Source of the DNA: a virus
Taxonomy: Duplodnaviria > Caudoviricetes
Virus record (IMG/VR): IMGVR_UViG_3300005470_000003
Coordinates: 1-54,194 of that record
Strand: one strand, 5' to 3'
DNA: 54,194 bases
The notes under the pieces are model-generated. The model saw nothing but the letters and a program-made list of their open reading frames with translations, ran no database searches and was not told where the DNA came from. The translations under genes and the position numbers were made by a program. This document shows, in pieces, positions 38,782 through 47,427 of the stretch (positions are counted from its first letter, which is position 1; every line of letters begins with the position of its first letter).

Positions 38782-39372
38782 ATGACTAGAGCTAGACAAA
38801 TTTTAAAGGAATTAAATGAGTCCAGTCTTTCAAGAGTTTGGAATCATGTAACTAAACATGATTCAGGTACTATCTCTGCTTTTCGATATGCTAAAGATTG
38901 TGGTGATGGTGAAGTATTTTCTAAGAAAGAAAATAAAGATCGTAATGCTGTCTTAAAAGCAAAGTTATTAAATGTTGGATATGGGGTAACTCCAGTAAAA
39001 GGTATTTATATTGAAAATTACAAATCTAATAATGAAATTGAGGTTTCCGAAAATAGTTTTATTGTAGTAGATTTAAAAGATACAGGAAATCTTAAAGAAG
39101 CTCTTATTAAATTCGGAAATGAATTTGAACAGGATAGTATTACTTATTCAAAAGCTAATGGGGATTATTTCCTAATAGGGACTAATGATTGTCCTAAGTC
39201 TTATCCGGGATTTAAAAAGGAAGTGAAGTTGGGAGGTCCCATGTTTGGAAAGAAGGGGATTTTTTATTCTAAAGTTAATGGGAGACCTTTTGTTTTTGAA
39301 AGTATTAATTCTAATGTAATATCATTAGTTGATTTATCTATTTCTGAGATTAGATCAATTAAGCAGTTATAG
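38782..39372 (+). CDS. Leader-bearing conserved phage protein
   Basis: MTRARQILKELNE then SSLSR...ISAFR...G.YIE...E.SF...FEQDSI. Confidence 0.75.
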   Translation: MTRARQILKELNESSLSRVWNHVTKHDSGTISAFRYAKDCGDGEVFSKKENKDRNAVLKAKLLNVGYGVTPVKGIYIENYKSNNEIEVSENSFIVVDLKDTGNLKEALIKFGNEFEQDSITYSKANGDYFLIGTNDCPKSYPGFKKEVKLGGPMFGKKGIFYSKVNGRPFVFESINSNVISLVDLSISEIRSIKQL

Positions 39373-39465
39373 AGAATCGCCAAGAAAACCCCCACATACT
39401 TGCATCTATTTTAGATGAAATAGCAAAAGCCTGTAAGAAAATAATTTTTAAATTAGGAAAACAAA

Positions 39466-39801
39466 GTGTACGAATATAAGGCAAGAGTGGTTAGAATTGT
39501 TGATGCTGACACATTTGATGTTTTAGTTGATCTTGGATTTGATTTAAGTTTTAAGATTAGAATTAGAATAAATGATTATGATGCTCCCGAAATTTGGCGT
39601 CCAAGAAATCAATCTGAAGCAGAGCATGGAGATAAAGCTACAGCACAGGCAAATAAACTTGTTTGGCAAAAAGATATAACTATTAGGACTTATAAATTAG
39701 GGATTTATGGTAGATACACTGCCGATGTGATACTACCAGATGGAAGAAGTTATTCTACTTTAATGAAGGAGCTTGGATTTGAAAAATCTGAGAATTATTA
39801 A
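39466..39801 (+). CDS. Thermonuclease (staphylococcal nuclease-like)
   Basis: VRIVDADT..V.VDLGF, RIR...DAPE, YGRY. Confidence 0.88.
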   Translation: MYEYKARVVRIVDADTFDVLVDLGFDLSFKIRIRINDYDAPEIWRPRNQSEAEHGDKATAQANKLVWQKDITIRTYKLGIYGRYTADVILPDGRSYSTLMKELGFEKSENY

Positions 39802-40067
39802 TGAAAGCTATTGATATATTACAGATGTTCGAAAAGAAATTTGAAATTGGTGAAGGAACTGTTGTAATTATTAATCCAAAAATTTCTGGATCTGATGGTG
39901 GTGTTGGTATAGTTAAAGATCCTAGAGATGGGAAATTTATGATTGTGAAAAATTTTAAAACTATGAAAACTCATTCTTTTGCTGGTTCTGATATTAGGCA
40001 TTTAGATGATCCAAGGGCAGATGAGTGGATCACACCGGAAATAGAGAAGATTTTGAACAAGATGTAA
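39801..40067 (+). CDS. Small leader-bearing beta-rich protein
   Basis: MKAIDILQMFEK. Confidence 0.65.
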   Translation: MKAIDILQMFEKKFEIGEGTVVIINPKISGSDGGVGIVKDPRDGKFMIVKNFKTMKTHSFAGSDIRHLDDPRADEWITPEIEKILNKM

Positions 40068-40093
40068 ATTATTTACTTTCCCAATTTTTATGA

Positions 40094-40178
40094 TGGCAGT
40101 CATGAAACCCTGTCCATGGTCAATGGTTGAATTGACTCACACACTACTTATGTGCATGGGTGATGTATCCATTTTTTT
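40094..40178 (+). ncRNA. Candidate structured RNA, partial copy 1
   Basis: GTCAAT-GGTTGA-ATTGAC hairpin and ACACTACT. The 3' half is missing. Confidence 0.45.
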
Positions 40179-40241
40179 GATTATTCAAAGGCCGGTGAGC
40201 AAATCACACCCGATGTAGAGAATATTCTATAGGGCAATGTA

Positions 40242-40670
40242 ATGGAAATTAAACAAAAATTAATTCATGAAAAATCATTGAGTTCGAAAAATTCTAGTGA
40301 ATCCAGAGTTCTTAAAATGTTAGCTATGCAATCACTTAAGATACCATCCAACATCAATGATAAAATTATAAAATGGACTGGTGAACGTAATAAGAATTGT
40401 TATATGTTATCAGGACGTTTTGGACTCGATAATGATGATTGGGAAGTTTGTCACGGAATTATAAATCCACCGATAGGACCATATAGTAATACTGATTATG
40501 ATCATGCTTGGTGTGAAAAAAGTAATGTGGTGTATGAATCTGTTTTTAATAAATTTTTTGAAAAGAAAGATTATTATGATGTATACATTCCAATGGATGT
40601 TAAACGTTACAAAGGTAATTCGTTAAGACGTATAATTTTAAAGAATGAAACATGGGGTCCATGGAAATGA
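40242..40670 (+). CDS. Hypothetical protein, possible Cys-His hydrolase or transglutaminase-like fold
   Basis: NCY...VCHG...HAWCE. Confidence 0.6.
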   Translation: MEIKQKLIHEKSLSSKNSSESRVLKMLAMQSLKIPSNINDKIIKWTGERNKNCYMLSGRFGLDNDDWEVCHGIINPPIGPYSNTDYDHAWCEKSNVVYESVFNKFFEKKDYYDVYIPMDVKRYKGNSLRRIILKNETWGPWK

Positions 40671-40858
40671 AGGATAGATTTAAGGAAAAATCAAAGAAGC
40701 ATATTAAGGTTGATTCTGGTACATTGAATAGTATTATGGAAAGTACAAAAAGTAAAGCTAGTAAATTAATTACAATTCTAGAGTCTGTTGTTAAGAAAAC
40801 AAATTAAATAATATCATCTTTGGTGGGTTCTGTATTTAGGGCTGATCTCCACCATGGG

Positions 40859-41008
40859 CGCTGCTGCGTTTTTCGGTTTTTGTGGCAGCAAATCATGAAA
40901 TCCTGTCCATGACTCAATGTTTGAATTGGGCCACACACTACTTATGCGCAGGATAGTATACCTCCTTTCTTTGACTGCAAAATAGAGTTGGGTAGTGTCT
41001 CTTTTTTT
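40859..41008 (+). ncRNA. Candidate structured RNA, copy 2
   Basis: Four stems shared with copy 3, ACCTCCTTT motif, terminal hairpin plus T tract. Confidence 0.6.
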
Positions 41009-41033
41009 ATTATCAAATAATGGTGAATATAAT

Positions 41034-41627
41034 ATGACTAAGGCTACTGATATTATTGATTTATATGTGGGGCTTGAATTAGATGAAGCCTTTTATCGAG
41101 GTTTACAAATACTTGAATCTTATGATTTAACAGATCAATGTGAGACTGCAAATCAAGAGAAGACAGATGAAGCGTTTGGGGTGGTAGCAATACTCGGGCT
41201 AGTTATGGCTATGCCTAGTTTTGTTAAGTTGGTTGCCAAGGCGTTTGGTTGGATTTATAAAAAGATTGTTAAGTTATTTACGAAAAAAGATATAGATTCA
41301 CCTGAATTCATAGATAAGATTATTATTTTTGCAGAAAAATGGCATGATAAATACATTATTGTCCTTGAAAAGATTTTGAAAATAGCTGGTGTGTTTAAGG
41401 CAGCTAAATTAGAAGATCATGAGAAACAAAAGATGGCTGCTGAGGTCTTATTTTATATAATTGTGTTCGGTATGGCTGTCTATAGTGGTGTTGGAGCCAC
41501 TAAAGCAATAATTACTGCCATTCAGAATAGTAGTGCAGCACACAGTAAGATCGCGGTCATAGAAAGTGTATTAACTGGATTGAAATCCAAGGAGGTAAAG
41601 ACATTTATACAAAACATAAGTGCTTAA
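41034..41627 (+). CDS. Leader-bearing protein with two hydrophobic segments
   Basis: MTKATDIIDL; FGVVAILGLVMAMP and VLFYIIVFGMAV. Confidence 0.7.
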   Translation: MTKATDIIDLYVGLELDEAFYRGLQILESYDLTDQCETANQEKTDEAFGVVAILGLVMAMPSFVKLVAKAFGWIYKKIVKLFTKKDIDSPEFIDKIIIFAEKWHDKYIIVLEKILKIAGVFKAAKLEDHEKQKMAAEVLFYIIVFGMAVYSGVGATKAIITAIQNSSAAHSKIAVIESVLTGLKSKEVKTFIQNISA

Positions 41628-41815
41628 GTTGTAACTGTTAATATCTATAATTATTATTTTGTTTTTATAAACTATATTAATCGTTTAAATAATATGAATT
41701 ATGTCTTTAATACCTTTTATGTAAAAAGTAATTTTATTATCAGCTACTGTAGGAACTATATTAGTTCATTGTAAGGGTAGATAATTCTAGACGATAAATA
41801 TTCATTGGATTGATC

Positions 41816-42703
41816 ATGTTGATAAAAGCAAATGACATAATTTCACTATTCGAATCAAAAGAATTGATGTATCACGGAACATCATCCAAGTTTTTAGATA
41901 GTATCATAAAGAACGGTCTTTTATTTAAAGAGGATGGAAGGGTTTGGGGTACTAAACAGGTTTCAACTCATTTGAATGATCTTGAATCTTATCATGGAAC
42001 TTATTTTACACTGAATTTTATGACTGCATATAGTGCATCTGGTCAAGCACATCGTAAATTTGGTGGAAATCGTTTAATTATAATTGCCAATATTGAGACC
42101 AGGACCCCGCAAGTAGTTGCAGATGAAGATGATGTCAAGAATAAAATTACCATTTTTTCAAAAGATTATAAAATTTACCCTGAAAGCGATACACTTAAAG
42201 TTGACATATTGAAATATGATAGTCTTGATTATGAAAGAAGTTGGGAAGAATTTAAATCAAGTGTAACTTATGGTAGATTGGGTTTTCCAAAGAAGTTGGA
42301 TTTATTATTTCCATTATATAAAGACTTATTGCTTGCTAAATTGTTATGGGAATTGTCATTTCATGATGTTGAAAAAGTTACTGGAATAAGTTACGATTTA
42401 AAACAGCTGCATAAAAAATATGATTTTAAAAATGCAAGGAGTAACTTTAGGAGTTTGTTTGATAAATTTTTGAAAAAGTTAAATTTTTTAGCAAGCCCGC
42501 CTCCTACTGGTCGTTTCATGCATTCAGTGAGGATGACAGATCCTGTTGGTTTCAAAGGGAAAAACAGAATTGTATATATTGTTGAAAATACTGACGATAA
42601 AAAATACATATGGACTGAAAGATATAATAAAAGTGGTGTTGCAAAGGAAATGTTTTTGAAAAATATAAAAACAAGTTTGTCTAAAAACGCTACAATTATC
42701 TAA
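41816..42703 (+). CDS. Leader-bearing ADP-ribosyltransferase-fold protein
   Basis: KANDIISLFES; MYHGTS..L.SI.KNGL; GTYFT; ADED. Confidence 0.72.
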   Translation: MLIKANDIISLFESKELMYHGTSSKFLDSIIKNGLLFKEDGRVWGTKQVSTHLNDLESYHGTYFTLNFMTAYSASGQAHRKFGGNRLIIIANIETRTPQVVADEDDVKNKITIFSKDYKIYPESDTLKVDILKYDSLDYERSWEEFKSSVTYGRLGFPKKLDLLFPLYKDLLLAKLLWELSFHDVEKVTGISYDLKQLHKKYDFKNARSNFRSLFDKFLKKLNFLASPPPTGRFMHSVRMTDPVGFKGKNRIVYIVENTDDKKYIWTERYNKSGVAKEMFLKNIKTSLSKNATII

Positions 42704-42727
42704 TTTTGTTTATTTTTTTGGTGTAAT

Positions 42728-43405
42728 ATGACTATTGCAAGAGATATTTTAAGAATCATAGAAGATAGATGGGGTACCAATTTTTCAGGTGACGACACTG
42801 GAAATTGGGAATCAAAATTAATATTATCAAACGATTGGACAATGACTTGTGGACTTTCATTAAAAAATGATAGGAAAAATTATTCAGTTGAAGGTGCAAC
42901 AGAGGATCATCCTGGTTTTAGAAAAGCTCTTGATGAAATTGTTAAAAAATATCCATATATAAAAGATTATCTTATATCTTTTGATGGGCCATATATTAAA
43001 ATATCTGATGTATTAAAGCGTAAGAAATTTTCTTGGAAAGATATTACACTGTATCATGGAACGGCCTCAGCCTTTTTGGATTCTATAAAAAAGAATGGGT
43101 TGAGTCCAAGGTCTGTTACTAATCAAAATGCCGGGTATGGTTCATTTGTTGGGGCTAAAAGTGGTAATAAAGATGCCATATATCTCACAACACAAATTGG
43201 AATGGCTAAATTTGCTGGTTTAGAAGTTTCAAGTAAAACAAATTCAGATAGGATAATATTATCGGTAAATGGAAAAGATCTCAATCCAAAGCTTTTGATT
43301 CCAGATGAAGATAGTAGAAAACAAACACCAGAAGATAGTTTATTTAAAATTGGATCGGTTGGGTATCTAGGGATTATTCCGTTTAGTCAGTTGTCAAGGT
43401 CTTAA
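42728..43405 (+). CDS. Leader-bearing ADP-ribosyltransferase-fold (KptA/Tpt1-like) protein
   Basis: MTIARDILRIIED; LYHGT..L.SI.KNGL.P; IYLT; PDED; YLGIIP. The last codons come from IscB element 2. Confidence 0.75.
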   Translation: MTIARDILRIIEDRWGTNFSGDDTGNWESKLILSNDWTMTCGLSLKNDRKNYSVEGATEDHPGFRKALDEIVKKYPYIKDYLISFDGPYIKISDVLKRKKFSWKDITLYHGTASAFLDSIKKNGLSPRSVTNQNAGYGSFVGAKSGNKDAIYLTTQIGMAKFAGLEVSSKTNSDRIILSVNGKDLNPKLLIPDEDSRKQTPEDSLFKIGSVGYLGIIPFSQLSRS

Positions 43406-43620
43406 TACCTTGGTTTGTTAGGTGACTAACAACGATTAAAAGAGCTGATTAGTCTAAGTCTTAATTGACTACGTTATCTTAGAATATATAGGTACTTCAG
43501 AATGCCTCCCAAGTTCTGAACACTACGGATGATAGTTAAACAGAGTTCAAAGACTCGGTGCTATTATTAAAAACCTAAGAATAACATTGACGATGGGAAT
43601 CAACTCCGAAAGGAGATTTA
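43386..43620 (+). ncRNA. omegaRNA scaffold of IscB element 2
   Basis: GTCAGTT...AGCTGATTAGTCTAAG, CTACGTT, TTCAGAA-TGCCTCCCAAG-TTCTGAA, AACATTGACGATGGG, CTCCGAAAGGAG hairpin. Confidence 0.75.
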
Positions 43621-43622
43621 TA

Positions 43623-44813
43623 ATGAATCCAAAAGTATTTGTTTTGGCAGAAGATGGGACACCATTGATGCCTACAACTGCATCAAGGGCTAGACGAAAA
43701 TTGAGGGATGGTCAAGCTAAAGTTGTGAAAAGAGAACCTTTCACAATTCAATTGCTTTACAAATCAGGAATGGAGATTCAACCAATTAAGTTGGGGATTG
43801 ATTCGGGCTATCAAAATATAGGTTTTTCCGCAACAACAGAAAAAGATGAATTAATATCCGGTGAAGTTAAGTTGGATAATGGAATGTCAAAGAGAATCCA
43901 AGACAAAGCCATATATCGTAGGAATCGCAGGAATAGACTTAGATACAGACAATCAAGATTTGATAATAGAACACAAAAAGAAAATTGGTTGCCACCATCA
44001 ATTCAAAGAAGATTTGATACTAATATTAGTCTTATTAACAAATTGAGATCAATACTTCCTATTTCTGAGATTATTGTTGAGGCAGGTAGTTTTGATATTC
44101 AAAAGTTACAAAATCCTGAAATTGAAAGTAAACAATATCAACAAGGTGAAATGTATGGTTATGCAAATCTAAAATCTTATCTTTTGACAAGAGAAAAAAG
44201 TTTATGTCAATTGTGTGGTAAAGTTCACAAAAAGTGGCAGATGCATCATATTATTCCAAGGTCTAAAGGTGGAACAAATAGACCAAAGAATTTTGCATTG
44301 TTGGGCGATAAATGTCATGATAAATTGCATAAACAAAATTTATATCACAAATTAAAAAAGAATAGACAATTTAAAGGATCTACTTTCATGTCTATCATTA
44401 GAAAGAGATTCTATGATTTCGGATATAACGTAGTTTATGGTTATCAGACCTTTGTGGATCGCAATAAATTGAGTTTATCTAAGAGTCATGCAAATGATGC
44501 CTTTGTAATATCAGGTGGTATAAATCAAAATAGAGTAAATATGTTCATAGTAACTCAAAAAAGAAAAAATAATAGATGTCTGCAAATTAATAGAAAGTCG
44601 GGAATTTTGATTCGTAGAAAGAGATATAGTATTCGACCAAAAGATTTAGTTAAATATTCAGGTAAGATGTTTGAAGTGATAGGGATTATTAGTAGGGGAT
44701 TAAGTGTTGGTCTGACGGATGGAATTAAAAAGATTTATAAATCACCATCAAAATTGGATGATTGGATCTTTCATAGAAAGACATTGATTTGGAGAAACTG
44801 TATAGGTCAATAA
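43623..44813 (+). CDS. iscB: IscB RNA-guided endonuclease with intact PLMP domain
   Basis: VFVL...PLMPT..RAR, RuvC-I GIDSG, bridge helix, WLPPS, HNH HHIIP..GG, RuvC-III SHANDA. Confidence 0.92.
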   Translation: MNPKVFVLAEDGTPLMPTTASRARRKLRDGQAKVVKREPFTIQLLYKSGMEIQPIKLGIDSGYQNIGFSATTEKDELISGEVKLDNGMSKRIQDKAIYRRNRRNRLRYRQSRFDNRTQKENWLPPSIQRRFDTNISLINKLRSILPISEIIVEAGSFDIQKLQNPEIESKQYQQGEMYGYANLKSYLLTREKSLCQLCGKVHKKWQMHHIIPRSKGGTNRPKNFALLGDKCHDKLHKQNLYHKLKKNRQFKGSTFMSIIRKRFYDFGYNVVYGYQTFVDRNKLSLSKSHANDAFVISGGINQNRVNMFIVTQKRKNNRCLQINRKSGILIRRKRYSIRPKDLVKYSGKMFEVIGIISRGLSVGLTDGIKKIYKSPSKLDDWIFHRKTLIWRNCIGQ

Positions 44814-45052
44814 TAATGATAGGTGAGAAGGCAACTATTTGTTTATGTCCAAAATGTAATTGTAAACACAAATATAAGATTTATTGGGTTGGCAACGGCA
44901 TTCCTCGTGTCTATTGTAAAATTTGTAGGGCAATAATTTCAAGAAGAATATTTATGGAATCATATAAAGTCAGCAACGGTTCAAATTCATCACAACGTTT
45001 AGTCGATACCTAATGGTATGAATTTTTAATAATTTAGAATTGGTGCCATAAT

Positions 45053-45198
45053 ATGACTATTGCAAGAGACATTTTTAAAAATTATAGAAGATGGAGGTAA
45101 TTATTATGAGTAAGGCTAGTATGATATTGGAAATTCTTGAACCAAAAGATCCTAGTAAAATTTCTTATTCTCTAATCTTGATGAAAAGTCAGAATTGA
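45053..45198 (+). pseudogene. Two orphan leader stubs
   Basis: 45053 is a frameshifted near-copy of the 42728 start (MTIARDIF). 45106 reads MSKASMILEILEP... and stops at 45198. Confidence 0.6.
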
Positions 45199-46028
45199 TT
45201 TTGAAGACTTTTTATCATAAAAATCCTGAAAAATATAAGTTTAATCTTTTTCATATATATGATCTCGATTTAAGAGAATCTTTAGCAAAAATTGTTGGAT
45301 TGGATATTGACTGGGATTATGATCAACATGAAGTTAATAAATCTCTTACTTTTTTTGCTAATAAATTTTATGAATTTTCAGAATCTAATGAATATTTAAT
45401 CAGCAGGGGGGTTACTGAAGATCAAATTAATAGATTTAAGTTAGGCAATGTTTCGGGATTTTTCAATCATTTGGAAAAAAATGTTGATCTTTATGATTTT
45501 AATGAAGTCTCAAAAAGTTTAATGAGATTTTATATATGTTCCATGCAAGAAGTATCCAGCCTCTATGGTCCTACTGAAATGGTTACTATTCCAAATTTTA
45601 ATGTTGATTGTTTAGGAATAGTAGGTAGAGTTGTTGGTTATACTGATAAATATAAGATAGATAGGAACATTCATAAATTTTCGAATACCAATCAACTGAC
45701 TTATCTTTTAGGGGAAGATGTTCTTGATGATTATGATTGGGTTTATCTTGTAGAAGGGGTATTTGATCTTCTTGCTATGGATAGAATTGGAATAAAGAAT
45801 GTAGTTACAGCTTCTGCAACATCACTTTCTAATATGCATGTGAAAAAATTAATGGGAAAAGGGGTAATTGCTATATTTGATAATGATTTAGGCGGATACC
45901 ATGGAATTGAAAGATTAAAAAATCAGGATATTGATTTAATTGATGGTGTTCAAATTGATTTTGCTAAAGATATAGACGAGGCTGATCCAAATCAATTATA
46001 TAATTGGGTTACAAGCATGTTTCTTTAA
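45195..46028 (+). CDS. DnaG-type primase / TOPRIM-domain protein
   Basis: YL.SRG....I..F.LG, VGR, LVEGVFD, IFDND..G, KDIDE. Confidence 0.8.
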   Translation: MILKTFYHKNPEKYKFNLFHIYDLDLRESLAKIVGLDIDWDYDQHEVNKSLTFFANKFYEFSESNEYLISRGVTEDQINRFKLGNVSGFFNHLEKNVDLYDFNEVSKSLMRFYICSMQEVSSLYGPTEMVTIPNFNVDCLGIVGRVVGYTDKYKIDRNIHKFSNTNQLTYLLGEDVLDDYDWVYLVEGVFDLLAMDRIGIKNVVTASATSLSNMHVKKLMGKGVIAIFDNDLGGYHGIERLKNQDIDLIDGVQIDFAKDIDEADPNQLYNWVTSMFL

Positions 46029-46160
46029 GGCACTATAATAATTAGTAAATAATGTTAATTGTTTGTGTGTTCTAGTGTGTAGTTTCGAAAGCAAAATAGC
46101 ACCAGGTTCAAATTTATTTCAACGTTTAGATAATAATTGATATTTTTTAAGTTTATCTCA

Positions 46161-46301
46161 TCATTGCCTTTTTCGCATTTTAGGCAATGAGTAATTATGT
46201 CTATCCAAGTCTGATGTTTGAATCAGAACAAACACTACTATTGCATAGAGTACTACCTCCTTTGTTGGGATTATTGAGGGTTGGGTAGTGTCCCTCTTTT
46301 T
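46161..46301 (+). ncRNA. Candidate structured RNA, copy 3
   Basis: TCATTGCCT/AGGCAATGA, TCTAT/ATAGA, TCTGAT-GTTTGA-ATCAGA, ACCTCCTTT, GAGGG-TTGGGTAGTGT-CCCTC-TTTTT. Confidence 0.6.
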
Positions 46302-46522
46302 ATATGTTGTAATTTTTACTAAAATTTATTAATGGTGATCATAATTATGAATGTATTGATATGGCTTCTTGATTTTTTTGGTATTTTTAAAACTGTAAAT
46401 GTAAAGAACGATATAGATAAATATGCTGCTGCCTATGTTATATTTTTAGTCTCAGTCATATTTCTCGGGTCTCTGATTGTTTTATCATTTGTTAAACACT
46501 TTTTTAATTAGTAGGGGTCACA

Positions 46523-47086
46523 ATGCCAACACCAACAATAGAAAAAGTCGCTGATGTGTGCGATATAGATAAAGAAGAAGTTGAAAACTTATGGTCTAAA
46601 GCTAAAATCATTGCTAAGAATAATGGAGTTGAAAAATATTCATATGTTATGGGCGTTTTTAAGAAACTGATTGGTGATGATTGTATAAAAAAATTAGATT
46701 GGGAGAAAAGTGAAAGCAAAGCTGAAGAAATCTTGGAATTGCTTGAAAGAACAGTTAATTCAGAATTGTTGCTAGAACGGTTTGATTCTGATCTAGGTAA
46801 TTTTTATGCATCAGATGTTGGTACTATAAATTTCCAGATACATCCACGAGAATCGTCTGCTGAGGTCGATGTTTTTTCATTTGTTTATAAGGCTAATAAT
46901 AAAGATACTTATAGATTATTTTATGATGATTTTAAAGACATATATGCTGTTGCTAAGGGTAGATGGGAAAAGGAAGCAGAAGAATTAGCAAAGGCTGTTA
47001 AAATAGCTCAAGACGCTTTGGTATTGAAATTTCAAGGTGAGTTGCAAGCAGAAGTAGATAAATTAGATAAGAAGTATAATGGATAA
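46523..47086 (+). CDS. Two-domain hypothetical protein with internal leader
   Basis: N-terminal VE.LW.KAK domain followed by SKAEEILELLE. Confidence 0.7.
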   Translation: MPTPTIEKVADVCDIDKEEVENLWSKAKIIAKNNGVEKYSYVMGVFKKLIGDDCIKKLDWEKSESKAEEILELLERTVNSELLLERFDSDLGNFYASDVGTINFQIHPRESSAEVDVFSFVYKANNKDTYRLFYDDFKDIYAVAKGRWEKEAEELAKAVKIAQDALVLKFQGELQAEVDKLDKKYNG

Positions 47087-47089
47087 CAA

Positions 47090-47422
47090 ATGGGAAAAGC
47101 TACGAATATATTAGAGGGTTATGGTGATAATTATAGTGTTAGTCTTTCTGCTACTGGTAGTTGGCAAATCAGTTTAAAAATACCTACAAAGACTACTGAT
47201 ATGATTCATTTTAGGGATATTGTTGACGGTATTTCAAAAGATAAACAGGATGATATGCTTGATGAGTTAGATGATAGTATGAAGAAATTAGAAAAGAGAG
47301 CCGATAAAGATATAAAAGAATTGTCTGATGCAGTTGAAATAATGCTCGAATCTGTAGCCATTAAATATTCCGACGTTGTTAAAGATCTGGTTTCAGAATA
47401 TAGAAAGAAGTACGGGGCATAG
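47090..47422 (+). CDS. Leader-bearing protein resembling the C-terminal part of 46523
   Basis: MGKATNILE; KELSDAV...KKYG versus EELAKAV...KKYNG. Confidence 0.7.
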   Translation: MGKATNILEGYGDNYSVSLSATGSWQISLKIPTKTTDMIHFRDIVDGISKDKQDDMLDELDDSMKKLEKRADKDIKELSDAVEIMLESVAIKYSDVVKDLVSEYRKKYGA

Positions 47423-47427
47423 CAAAT

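Noticed and set aside
31446-44813. Calling the two RuvC+HNH proteins Cas9
   Set aside because: They are about 400 aa, have no REC lobe, show PLMP-type N-termini and omegaRNA-like leaders, and have no cas genes or array. They are IscB.
40820-46270. Type I toxin ORF on the minus strand behind AAAGGAGGT
   Set aside because: The frames are inconsistent: copy 3 gives ATG-CAA-TAG, copy 1 a 6-codon ORF, and copy 2 a non-hydrophobic CTG-started ORF.
40094-46301. Reading the three-copy RNA as a tRNA remnant, T-box, hammerhead or HDV-like ribozyme
   Set aside because: GTTTGAAT resembles a T-loop and CCTCC resembles HDV L3, but I could not build a cloverleaf, T-box sequence, hammerhead core or HDV nested pseudoknot in all copies.
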